Source of the DNA: Macrostomum lignano
Lineage: Eukaryota
Assembly: GCA_002269645.1 (NCBI GenBank)
Contig: NIVC01003785.1
Location: 12,867-76,866, forward strand
Reading direction: 5' to 3'
Length of the DNA stretch: 64,000 nucleotides
Shown here: piece by piece, positions 36,701-48,456 of the stretch
How positions within the stretch are numbered: the first letter of the stretch is position 1
Layout of the letters: the number at the start of each line of letters is the position of its first letter
The notes under the pieces: model-generated
Told to the model about the DNA's origin: nothing
The model's database searches: none
What the model saw: the letters and a program-made list of their open reading frames with translations, nothing else
Program-made: the position numbers and the translations under genes

Positions 36701-39700
36701 TCTTTGGATATAGATGGGTGGGGGGATTCTTTGGATATGGATGGGTGGGGGATTCTTTGGATATGGATGGGTGGGGGATTCTTTGGATTTGGATGGGTGG
36801 GGGATTCTTTGGATATGGATGGGTGGGGGATTCTTTGGATATGGATGGGTGGGAGATTCTTTGGATATGGATGGGTGGGGGATTCTTTGGATATGGATGG
36901 GTGGGGGATTCTTTCGATGGGGACTCTGTGAATGAGGGACTCTTTTAATAGGGATTCTTTTGAAGGGGATTCTTTGCATGTGAGATGTTATGGATGGGCA
37001 ATGCATTGGATGGGAAATTCTTCAGATAGGAGAATTCCTTGAATGGGGAATTCTTTGGATCCGGGATTCTATTGATAGGGGTTCTTTGGATGGGAGACTT
37101 TTTGATATGGATGGAGGTCGAGGATTTTTTGGATAGGGATGGATAGGGGGATTCTTCGGATCGGGGATTCTATCGATGGGGGTTCTTTGGATGGGGATTC
37201 TCTGCATGTAAGATTCTATGGATGGGCAATTCTTCAGATAGGAGAATTCCTTGAATGGGGAATTCTTCGGATCGGTGATTCTATCGATGGGAGGTTTTTT
37301 GGATGGCGGATTCTTTGCATGTGAGATTCTTTGCATCGTGGATTTTATGGGTGGTGTATTCTTTGGATGAGGGATTCTTTGTATGGGAGATTCAGTTGGG
37401 TGAAATTTTATTGCGTGGGAAAACTGTGGCTGGAGTTTGGACGGAAAGCCTCAACGGGAGTTGGAATTGGCTAGCTGAGGAAATTGCTTCATTAATCTTG
37501 CTGGGGGTACTTTCTACCAGGGGTTGCTTGCTATCGGAAGGACGCTTGCTCTTGGGGTATGCTTGCTCGGAAGAGAATTTTAAGATGTCAAGATTTACAA
37601 GGGGAATTATTGAGATACATGTATAAAATCTTACCTTGGGGAATTAATGACATGTGAAGGCTTAAGTGGGACTTGCTGAGATGCCAAGGCTTGTGGGGGG
37701 AATTGCTGAGGTGTGAAGGCTTAAAAAGGAATTGCTGAGGTCTTAAGTCTCGGGGAGGGGAATCGCTAAGATGTCAAGACTTACTAGAGGAATTACTGAG
37801 ATATGAAGGCTTACTGGGAGAATTACTGAGATATCAAGGCTTGGGGAGGGGAATTACTGAGATGTCAAGGCTTTGGACGGGGAGAAATTGGTAACATGTC
37901 AAGGCTTGCGCCGGAATTGCTTAGATGTCAATGCTTGGGGAAAATTTCTGAGGTGTCGAGGCTTGGGGAAATTGCTGAGATGTTAAGTCTTGGGGGAATT
38001 CTATGGATTGATGATTCTTTGGATGAGGGATGCTTCTAATGGATAAATTTGAATAGGTGATTCATTGGGCAATTTCTTCGGTGGGGCATTGTTTCGATTG
38101 AGGGTTTTTTGAATGGGGGATTCTTTAGATGAATGATTCTTTAGATGGGGGTTATTTGAACGGGGGTTCTTTAGATGAGGGGATTCTGGATTCTTTGGCC
38201 AATTATGCTTTTGATGGGGGATTATTTAAGGATGTGAATTATTTAGAGGGGGGATTTTTTGGAGAAGGAATTTTTTGGATATGGATGGTTAAGGTGATTA
38301 TTTAGATAGGAATGGATGGGGAAATTCTTTGGATAGGGATGAATAGGAGGATTCTTGGGATAGGGATGGATGGGGGATTGTTTAGATAGGGATGGATGGG
38401 CGATTCTTTGGATAGGGATGGGTGGGGGGATTCTTTGGATAGAGGGTTTCTGTGGATGAGGGATTTCTTGAATAAGGGATTTATTGGACGGGGAATTCTT
38501 CAGATGGGAGGATTCCTTGAATGGGGAATTCTTCGGATCGGGGATTCTATCAATGGGATGGGATGGGGATGGGACGGGAAGGATTGGTATTCTTTGCATG
38601 TGAGATTCTATGGATGGGCGATTCATTAAATAGGGAATTCTACAGATAGAGGATTCCTTGAATGGGGAATTCTTCGGATCGGGGATTCTGTCGATGGGAG
38701 GTTCTTTGTATGGGATTCTTTGGATGAGGGTTTTTTGCACGTGAGATTATTTGCATCAGGGACTTTATGGATTAGAGATTCTTTGGATGGGGGGGGTTCA
38801 GTTGGGTGAATTTCTTTTGCGTGGGAAAACTTTGGTAGGAGTTCTGACGGAAAGCCCCAACGGGGGTTGGAATTGGCTAGTCCTATATACTAAAAATGAA
38901 AATCTTGCTTGTTTGTACGCAATCGATTAGAGAAAAAATGGCTTAACCGATTTTCATGAGACTTGCACTGTTCGATCAGAAATTTTCCCGTGACGGTACA
39001 TGCATCTTGGCTAAGAAATTGCTCCATGTTAAAGCGATTAAATATTCGAAAAACATGCTTTTTTGCAAAGGTCAAGCAAACTTTTCGACTTGAAATGCAT
39101 TGTAAGAATGCTAGAGAAAAAACTGACTGGTTGAATTCTGATTCTGAAATAAATTGCATCATAAATGAATTGTAACTCCGACTTGAATTGCGTCACAGTA
39201 TTGAAAATGCAGTGTGGAAGCGTAGCACCAGACGTGATTTAGATTGCGTAACCATATTGTTATCTGATACTGACTGACTGAGAAACTGATTATGTCATAA
39301 CTGCTTCGTGTGATTTACTCTATGCTTGGATTTTAAACTGTTGAATTATATATATATAAGGGCAAAATTTGATGTTATCAAAACGATGAGAGCTAGCCTA
39401 GAGGTTAGCAAACTGAACTGCTAAATGCAGCGACGATGGTTCGAATTTTCATAGAGTATAATTTTTTTAATTAAAGCTTTTCAATGTCAGGAAAACTAAA
39501 AGACTTTTTAAAAAGAAGCGTCATGTAAAAATCATAGAAGCGTCATGTAAAAAATCGTGGAAGCGTCATTTAAAAAATCATAGAAGCGTCATTTAAAAAA
39601 TCATGGAAGCGTCATATAAAAATCATAGATGCGTCATTTAAAAAATCATAGATGCGTCATTTAAAAAATCATAGAAGCGTCATGTAAACAATCATAGAAG

Positions 39701-42700
39701 CGTCATGTAAACAATCATAGAAGCGTCATGTAAACAATCATAGAAGCGTCATGTAAAAAATCGTAGAAGCGTCATGTAAACAATCATAGAAGCGTCATGT
39801 AAAAAATCATAGAAGCGTCATGTAAAAAATTATAGAAGCGTCATGTAAAAAATCATAGAAGCGTCATGTAAACAATCATAGAAGCGTCATGTAAAAAATC
39901 ATAGAAGCGTCATGTAAACAATCATAGAAGCGTCATGTAAAAAATCATAGAAGCGTCATGTAAAAAATTATAGAAGCGTCATGTAAAAAATTATAGAAGC
40001 GTCATGTAAACAATCATAGAAGCGTCATGTAAAAAATCATAGAAGCGTCATGTAAACAATCATAGAAGCGTCATGTAAAAAATCATAGAAGCGTCATATA
40101 AAAATCATAGAAGCGTCATTTAAAAATCATAGAAGCGTCATGTAAAAAGCATAGAAGCGTCATGTAAACAATCATAGAAGCGTCATGTAAACAATCATAG
40201 AAGCGTCATGTAACAATCATAGAAGCGTCATGTAAACAATCATAAAAGCGTCATTTAAAAAATCATAGAAGCGTCATATAAAAATCATAGATGCGTCATT
40301 TCAACAATCATAGAAGCGTCATATAAAAATCACAGAAGCGTCAAGTAAAAAATCATAGAAGCGACGGGAAGCGTCATATAAAAATCGTAGAAGCGTCATA
40401 TAAAAACCATAGAAGCGTCATGTAAAAATCGTAGAAGCGTCATGTAAAAAATCATAGAAGCGTCATGCAAAAAATTATAGAAGCGTCATGTAAACAATCA
40501 TAGAAGCGTCATATAAAAATCATAGAAGCGTCATTTAAAAATCATAGAAGCGTCATGTAAAAAATCATAGAAGCGTCATGTAAACAATCATAGAAGCGTC
40601 ATTTAAAAATCATAGAAGCGTCATGTAAAAAATCGTAGAAGCGTCATGTAAACAATCATAGAAGCGTCATGTAAAAAAAATCATAGAAGCGTCATGTAAA
40701 AAATTATAGAAGCGTCATGTAAAAAATCATAGAAGCGACGGGAAGCGTCATATAAAAATCGTAGAAGCGTCATATAAAAACCATAGAAGCGTCATGTAAA
40801 AAAATCATAGAAGCGTCATGTAAAAAATCATAGAAGCGTCATGTAAAAACTCAGGGAAGCGTCATGTAAAAAATCATAGAAGCGTCATGTAAAAAATCAT
40901 AGAAGCCTCATGTAAAAAATCGTAGAAGCGTCATGTAAAATATCATAGAAGCGTCATGTAAACAATCATAGAAGCGTCATGTAAAAAATAATGGAAGCGT
41001 CATGTAAAAAATCGTAGAAGCGTCATGTAAACAATCATAGAAGCGTCATGTGAAAAAAATCATAGAAGCGTCATGTAAAAAATTATAGAAGCGTCATGTA
41101 AAAAAATCATAGAAGCGTCATGTAAACAATCATAGAAGCGTCATGTAAACAATCATAGAAGCGTCATTTAAAAATCATAGAAGCGTCATGTAAAAAATCA
41201 TAGAAGCGTCATGTAAACAATCATAGAAGCGTCATGTAAAAAATCATAGAAGCGTCATGTAAAAAATCATAGAAGCGTCATGTAAAAATCATAGAAGCGT
41301 CATGTAAACAATCATAGAAGCGTCATGTAAAAATCATAGAAGCGTCATGTAAACAATCATAGAAGCGTCATGTAAAAATCATAGAAGCGTCATGTAAACA
41401 ATCATAGAAGCGTCATGTAACAATCATAAAAGCGTCATGTAAACAATCATAGAAGCGTCATGTAAACAATCGTAGAAGCGTCATGTAAACAATCATAGAA
41501 GCGTCATGTAAAAATCGTAGAAGCGTCATGTAAACAATCATAGAAGCGTCATGTAAACAATCATAGAAGCGTCATATAAAAAAATCATAGAAGCGTCATG
41601 TAAACAATCATAGAAGCGTCATGTAAACAATCATAGAAGCGTCATGTAAACAATCATCGAAGCGTCATGAAATAATCATAGAAGCGTCATGTAAAAAGCA
41701 TAGAAGCGTCATGTAAAAAGCATAGAAGCGTCATGTAAACAATCATAGAAGCGTCATGAAAAAATCATAGAAGCCTCATTTAAAAACTAATGAAAGCATC
41801 ATTTAAAAAATTAAGAAGCATCATGGAAGAATAAAAGAAGTGTAATGTAAAAATCAAAAGAAGCGTCATGTCAGACATGAAGGATGTCATGTAAAAATGA
41901 AATGCAGCTATAATGCTGTGCTGGGAAGAAAAACTGAGACGTAAAGGCTCTCAGAGAATAACTGAGATTACGAAGGGGGGGGTTGTTTCTGGATCTCAAA
42001 GCAAAAGTCAGAAGCTACTTCAAAGTTCATGTACTTTACTCAATTTTTTATTGCATTCTTTGTTGGCTCGCCATGGGGGGTGCTGATAGAAGAAGAGTCA
42101 TGTAAAAAATAAAAGTAGCACTATGTATACATAAAAGACAAGTCATGTCGAAGTTAAAAGATTCATTTGGGAATTGCTACGATGTCAAAGCTTGGTGGAA
42201 ATCGTTATAGTGCTGTGATTCTTAAAGAAGGAATCACTAAAATGTCAAGGCTTAGGGGAGAAGAATTGCTGAGATTTCAAGGCTTTAGGTTGGGTTAAAG
42301 TTAGGTTTAGGTCAGGTGTGGGTTGAGGGTTATATTTTATCGGGTTTCAAGGTTAACAGTGGATTTTTTAGATTTCAAGGTTTATGGGGGCCATCGCTGA
42401 CATGTCAAAGCTTACGGACGGGGGGGGAATAGCTGAGATGTCAAGGCTCACGGGGGTATAAATGAGATTTCAAGGCTAAAGTCAGAAGCTACATGTAGTT
42501 TATTGAAAACTTTTTATTACATTATTTGATGCCTCCTCAGGCGAGGGATCGCTGATAAAAAAAGCGTTATGTAAAAAATAAAAGAAGCTTATCGCTATAA
42601 TGCTGTAGTAGTGCTATAATGACTCTTAGAGAGAATTACTGAAATTTCAATGATTTAGGGTTAGGTTAGGGTTAGGGTTAGGGTTAGGGTTAGGGTTAGA

Positions 42701-44508
42701 AGGTTGACAGATATTTTTAGATTTCCAAGGCTTATTGGGGGCATTGCTGAGATGTCAAGGGGGGAAGTTGATATGTTAAAGCTGGGGGGGGGGGGAATTA
42801 CTGACATGTCAAGGCTTACAAGGTTTGACAGGAGATTTTTTAAGATTTCAAGGATACATGTAGCTTATTAAAAAAACGTGTATAGCATTTCTTTGGCTCC
42901 CCAACGGGGGGCGTAGATTGCTAGTAAAAACTAAAAATTAGTTAAAGCCAGACATTCTTCAAATTAAAATTTCTTCCCTCAAAGCCAGCCAGTTGCATAG
43001 AACTCAGGCCTGAATAAACTCAAACAACAGACTCACCGTGTTAGCAAAGTTGACAACTTCTTTCGCTACTTTTATGGCGCCGTCTGAATTTCTAGAAAAG
43101 TGGCCATCCTACAGTGCATGGTTTGTGAGTCAGTTTGCAGTCGGACTTGAGAGCTGCCAACCAAAGAGTCTAGAAGTCATGCCAAGTCAGCTGGCCCCTG
43201 AGCACGCACTCAAAACGGGTGTGTACAGCGGCCCCTGACTTCTCATCGCGTCAGGCATACACACACTCCTCGCCCTTGTGAGTTGGACCTTGCGGAATCG
43301 AACCAAGGACCAAGGTCCAAGTAGAAGGACGGGAAACTAGGTAACTTTGAATTTTTTAGGAGGCAGTCTTTAAGAAATACATGACGGAGAATGAAGGTTT
43401 CATTTTTCAGCAAAAAAATTGTTATTGCTTTTCGCATAGGAGAGACCCAAAGTTCATCTTTTGATATGTCCTACCTTTCTGATAGTTCTGTTGATATTCA
43501 CAGAGCATTTCGTTTAGAAAATTTGGCTTTTATGTCTTACAGATATTTTACAGATGGCACAACTCGACTCATTGGTATTATGAATCTTTTTTATCATTCT
43601 GTTACACATCTTGTTACACAGTCACAAGGCAAGACAGAATATGTGGGTATCTTACCAATCCTTTGTCCAAGTAGAGATGCAGCTGAATAATGTAGGGACC
43701 ATTTTTTGTCAGGAATCTGAACTGCTGGCTGAGGCCAACGCTAACGTGAAGTAGTTGAAACCTGTCCTTTAAAGGCTTTTTAAATTCGCGCATAGTTGCT
43801 CTGCGGACACGTCTGAGCGGCTGAAACTGAAATGCCGTGTTGCGTCACTGAGCATGCGAGGTTATGAGCGAGTTCACGAGTGACATATGATCAAAGCAAG
43901 GACGGGAAATCTCGTCTATTAGAAAACATTTGGGGGCTGCTCTGCGCCAAAAATATACTTTGTACACTACGGAGATAGCACATAAAAGCGATTAATTTTT
44001 TCATTGGTTTTTCATTGGTTTCTTCTGTAAAAACGTTCTTATGAAGGTGTATTTAAAATTGTACATGCCTTCTTCTATTTAAAGTAAAAATTCATAAAAA
44101 ATATGACTGGGAAGCTTTTTTTAACAAATAAAAGACTTGATTTGAATCCCGTCTCTCTCCTTTAATCGTCTTTGGATCAATGTTCTCTATGTTGAAGATC
44201 TACATTTATGCATCAAAATGCAGGTGCATAGATGCTAGTTAAATAGTCACACCTAATAAATTTTGCACTCACCATTTCTGACGATTTCAAAGGCTCTGGT
44301 AAATAGGTGTCTTCTAAAGAGTGAAAAAATTAGTGTTTAGATTGGTTTATATCAAAACGTTTGACGTACGATATGTTGTGCCATAAAATCGAAATTACTA
44401 AATTATAATCGGCAAAAGTATACTGTCACCTTCTTGGCCTGATGCGATGGTAAGCAGAGTAATCAACGTTACGACTGAAGCGCAATAGAAGGCAAGCGTC
44501 CAACGCAT
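30746..44508 (-). CDS. ADAM-like metalloprotease-disintegrin, copy C (~530 aa). Exons 44508-44430, 44295(or 44313)-44273, 43820-43656, 43108-43037, 34236-34058, 33694-33601, 32339-32072, 31828-31585, 31211-30746
   Basis: Signal peptide MRWTLAFYCASVVTLITLLTIASG, furin site RRVRR, zinc motif HELSHRIGASHD, CLMN and a disintegrin domain. Exons are homologous one-to-one with A and B; intron 4 is 8.8 kb. Confidence 0.87.
32470..33520. repeat. 21-bp minisatellite with blocks of variant units (ATGGTCGCTAAGGAATCAACA), ADAM C intron
   Basis: About 50 copies, with alternating dimers at the left end. Confidence 0.95.
33745..33965. repeat. 12-bp repeat (TCACTCATGAAC)
   Basis: Direct inspection. Confidence 0.9.
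34379..34818. mobile_element. Same MITE family, copy 2
   Basis: High identity to 27871-28315. Confidence 0.8.
36000..38800. repeat. Composite degenerate G-rich repeats (GGAATTGCTGAGATGTCAAGGCTT blocks and GGGGATTCTTTGGATATGGATGGGT blocks)
   Basis: Two motif types alternate in a duplicated layout; a purer 26-bp run lies at ~36640-36910. Confidence 0.85.
39520..41800. repeat. 22-23-bp satellite (AAAAATCATAGAAGCGTCATGT), roughly 100 copies
   Basis: Direct inspection. Confidence 0.97.
42655..42698 (+). repeat. Interstitial telomeric (TTAGGG)n tract, about 6-7 units
   Basis: TTTAGGGTTAGGTTAGGGTTAGGGTTAGGGTTAGGGTTAGGGTTAG. Confidence 0.9.
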
Positions 44509-44994
44509 GACTTGGTCTGCAGCATAAGACGCGAATTAGCCGAACACTAAGCGTATTAACGTTAATGCTTGATAATTTTCTGTTGCTATATAAAAATATC
44601 TAACTGGAGCAGCCATAGAGTATTCCTATCCAATTTGCAGGGCAGGAATGTGAAAGAAATCTTCAATCCTTTTAGTGTAAAAGAAACAGCGCGTTTTTGC
44701 CATAGACAACTGAATATATTTTAGCGCAAAAATTGAATAAACTATAGACAATTAAAGAACACGAAATACTTATTAACCAGTTAGTAAGTTACGATGGATG
44801 GTATTTTCATATTGTCAAATTTAATATAATAAACTAATAATTAGATAATATAGTAGCGCGAAAAACTTGCGAGATTAGCCATTCCGTACGTTAGGATGGT
44901 GTTTTTAAATTTCCATTTAAATAGTGAACAAATTGCTAACAAAAACTTGTCTTGTGTGAGTAATGACTCACCTGCAAATGTCTGGTCAATCACT

Positions 44995-45330
44995 CACTTA
45001 TAATAAAAATTGAAGGTACAATTATTTTAAAAGGCCCAACCAACTGTTGAGGCTGGCCAGTTAGAGTACCCGTCGCCGTCGCACCTTCTGACACGTTGGG
45101 AGATGCCAGATTGACACTGACAGTCGGAACCGTGGCCGGAGCATCGCAGATCTGAACACTATCAATGCGATTTTCCGGGTGAAGACACTCACTGAGACAA
45201 TTGGATAGCTTCTGCTTCTTCTCGGAACTGATCCTATTTGTGTAACGTTGTACAGACTCGGCGCTCTTGTGTCCAGTTACAGCCTGAATGTCTTGGACAG
45301 AAACTTGGACAGATAGTATTTCTATTTTAA
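44995..45330 (-). mobile_element. Tyrosine-recombinase C-terminal fragment, Crypton-like
   Basis: IQAVTGHKSAESVQRY resembles the TGH(K/R)S..S...Y end of the catalytic domain of Crypton-type recombinases. An upstream FCPHKVY fragment near 45560-45590 resembles their CPV motif. Confidence 0.5.
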
Positions 45331-46029
45331 TAAAATTCAAGATATTTAGCAGAGAAACTGAAATTACAGTAAACTTGAGACATATACGAAGCATTAACCC
45401 GTGAATTTTACCACTGGACATCGGCAGCGGGCAGGAAATGAAAATTCGAAAAGATTCACACTCAAATAGTATGGAGTTACCATAGACCGGGCAGGAAATG
45501 GCGTTTCTGCCCGCCCTTGCAAATTAGGGTAGGAATAGCGATATCATAGACCTTGTGAGGACAGAAAGATGGAGAATCCGAGGGTCGCGAAGCGGCCGTG
45601 AATGGTTTATTCACAAATACTCGTAACTTTAACTGCTAGGTTGGTAGGTCGTTTGAGAACGACAACAAACAAACGCAAAGCTTGGGAACAAACGTAGACG
45701 TTCGCTGTCACTAACTGAATCTGGGGCGCCCGGCATCAGCCAGAAGCCAGTCGATGAAACGCCGAGTGCGCACCTCTTCCGAGTTCTCTTCGGAAGTGGT
45801 TGGTTAGTCAGTTTGCACTTTTATAAGGCAAGGCGACGTTTGACCTGCAGTCAGCGAGGAGGCAGTCAGTCATGCCCATTCCGCTAACCACTGAGCACTT
45901 ATATACGCACACATAAGTAAGCAGGCACGCATTTATGGTGTACAGCTCTCTGTCTTGTGTTTGACCCCATGGGAGAGAATCGCATAACAATGTGTGAGGT
46001 TGCCTGCCAGATGGAGTCACCAACAGTCT

Positions 46030-46550
46030 CTCTCCCGTCAAACCTCATCAGTGCAGTCCTCTCCCGTCAAACCTCATCAGTGCAGTCCCTCTCCCGTCAA
46101 ACCTCATCAGTGCAGTCCCTCTCCCGTCAAACCTCATCAGTGCAGTCCCTCTCCCGTCAAACCTCATCAGTGCAGTCCCTCTCCAGTCACACCTCATCAG
46201 TGCAGTCACACTTCTGTCAACCTCATCAGTGCAGTCCCTCTGTCAACCTCATCAGTGCAGTCCCTCTCCAGTCAACCTCATCAGTGCAGTCCACTCTGTC
46301 AACCTCATCAGTGCAGTCCCTCTGTCAACCTCATCAGTGCAGTCCCTCTCCAGTCAAACCTCATCAGTGCAGTCCCTCTGTCAAACCTCATCAGTGCAGT
46401 CCCTCTGTCAAACCTCATCAGTGCAGTCCCTCTCCCGTCAAACCTCATCAGTGCAGTCCCTCTCCAGTCAACCTCATCAGTGCAGTCACATCTCCGTCAA
46501 ACCTCATCAGTGCAGTCCCTCTCCAGTCACACCTCATCAGTGCATTCACA
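46030..46550. repeat. 26-30-bp minisatellite (GTCAAACCTCATCAGTGCAGTCCCTCTCCC)
   Basis: About 18 copies. Confidence 0.95.
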
Positions 46551-47087
46551 TTCTGTCACACCTTATCAATAGAATTCTTCCTCAGTTATACCTAATTAGT
46601 TAAAGTTCGTTCTCAATTTTTTTTCAACATTTAATATCAAATTTAGGTCTACTTAATAGCTGGTAAATTGATCTAACTTAATTTTGATTTTTGCTTTTCA
46701 GAGTCTTCATATGTAATCGTACAATTTTAGAAAATACATGATTTCTGTGGGCTGTCGACAGCTTTATTTTCCTTGCTAAGCAGCATAAAATAACGTCTTT
46801 ATATTTTATTCAAAAGCATTTTTTTATTTACTAATTGCTTGCTTGTTCGAAGGCAAACAATTTTGGCATAAAAACAGCTGCATTGAAGATGCGGCAATAA
46901 AAAAAGCGATTTGAGTGCCCGGTAAGAGCAAAAAACTAAAATAAGGATCTCTCTTGAGATGCAGCAAGAAAGAGAAAGCTGCAATGGGCGAAACAAGCTC
47001 CTCAAAATTGAGCATAATGACAGAGGAGAAATCTGAAAGGACCTTTAAAGAAGCAAGAGTTTCTCGAACTGCTTAACGCCTCAATAT

Positions 47088-48456
47088 TTATTCCCCATCA
47101 GCGCCTTCCTTGTCCATCTCTTCGACCTCCTCCTCCTCGCCTTCGACGCTGTCCACTCCGACCTCTTCGTAGTCCTTCTGCATGGAGCCCAGGTCCTCGC
47201 GCGCCTCAGCGAACTCGCCCTCCTCCATGCCTTCGCCGACGTACCAGTGCACGAAGGCCCGCTTGGAGTACATGAGGTCGAACTTGTACGCTAGCCGGTC
47301 CCAGGCCTCAGCGATGGCGGTGGTGTTGCTCAGCATGCAGACGGCTCGTGGCACCTTCGCCAGATCGCCTCCGGGCACCGTGGTGGGCGGCTGGTAGTTG
47401 ATGCCGACCTTGAACCCGGTTGGGCACCAGTCCACAAACTGAATCTCGCGCTTGCTTTTGATCTTCTGAACGGCGTCGTTGACGTCCTTGGAGTTGACGT
47501 CTCCTCGGTAGAGTAGACAGCAGGCCATGTACTTTCCATGCCTAGGGTCGCACTTCACCATTTGGTTCGTCGGCTCAAACAGGAGTTGGTGATCTCGCGA
47601 ACCTTAAGCTGCTCGTGATTGGCTTTTTCCGTTGAGATGATGGGCGCGAACGTTGCTAGAGGAAAGTGGATCTTGGGATAGGGCACAAGATTTGTCTGGA
47701 ACTCAGAGATGTCCACGTTGAGGGAACCTTCGAAACGCAACGAGGCAGTGAGCGAAGAAATAACTTGACTGACTAATCTGTTCAGGTTAGTGTAAGTCGG
47801 CTTCTCGATGTCCAGGTTCCTTCTGCAGATGTCGTAAATAGCCTCATTGTCAATAATGAAGGTGACATCGGCGTGTCGCAATGTGCCGTGGGTGCACAAG
47901 ATGGCGTTGAACGGCTCAACAACCGCGGTGCTGACCTGCGGCGCCGGGTAGATGACGTCTGCACCTTGGCCTTTTTGCCGTACTCGGATGACAGCTTGTC
48001 CATCAGCAGGGAGGTGAAGCCGGCGCCAGTGCCGCCGCCGAACGAGTGGAACAGGAAGAAGCCCTGCAGGCTGCTGCAGTTCTCCGCCGCTCTGGCCACT
48101 ACCTCTCGCACGGTGTTGATGATCTCCTTGCCGATGGTGTACTGGCCTCTGGCATAGTTGTTGGCGGCGTCCTCCTTGCCAGAGATAAGCTGTTCCGGAT
48201 GAAACAGCTGCCTGTAGGTTCCGGTACGGACTTCGTCAACTACGGTGGGCTCCAGGTCTATAAACACAGACCTTGGTACGTAACGGCCAGAGTTTGTCTC
48301 AGAGAAGAACGTCTCTACTGAGTTGTCGCACTTCTCCCTGCCGGCTAGCATCATGCCGTCGGGCTGGATGCCGTGCTCCAGACAGTAGAGCTCCCAGCAG
48401 GCGTTGCCGATCTGCACTCCGGCCTGGCCGATGTGAATAGAGATGCACTCGCGCAT
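47088..48456 (-). pseudogene. TUBA: Divergent intronless alpha-tubulin with two 1-nt deletions (~47957 and ~47578): pseudogene or assembly indel errors
   Basis: [47 protein letters not shown] and [14 protein letters not shown] are present. The protein is split over three ORFs that rejoin if one base is restored at each site. Confidence 0.9.

Noticed and set aside
36373-38740. GW/WMGG-rich ORFs as Argonaute-hook (GW182-like) proteins
   Set aside because: They are products of a degenerate G-rich repeat, open in several frames and on both strands, with no splice or start support.
45957-46603. Three overlapping S/Q/P-rich ORFs
   Set aside because: These are translations of the 26-30-bp minisatellite.
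47555-47960. Programmed ribosomal frameshifting in alpha-tubulin
   Set aside because: There is no slippery heptamer or stimulatory structure; simple indels (error or pseudogenisation) explain it.
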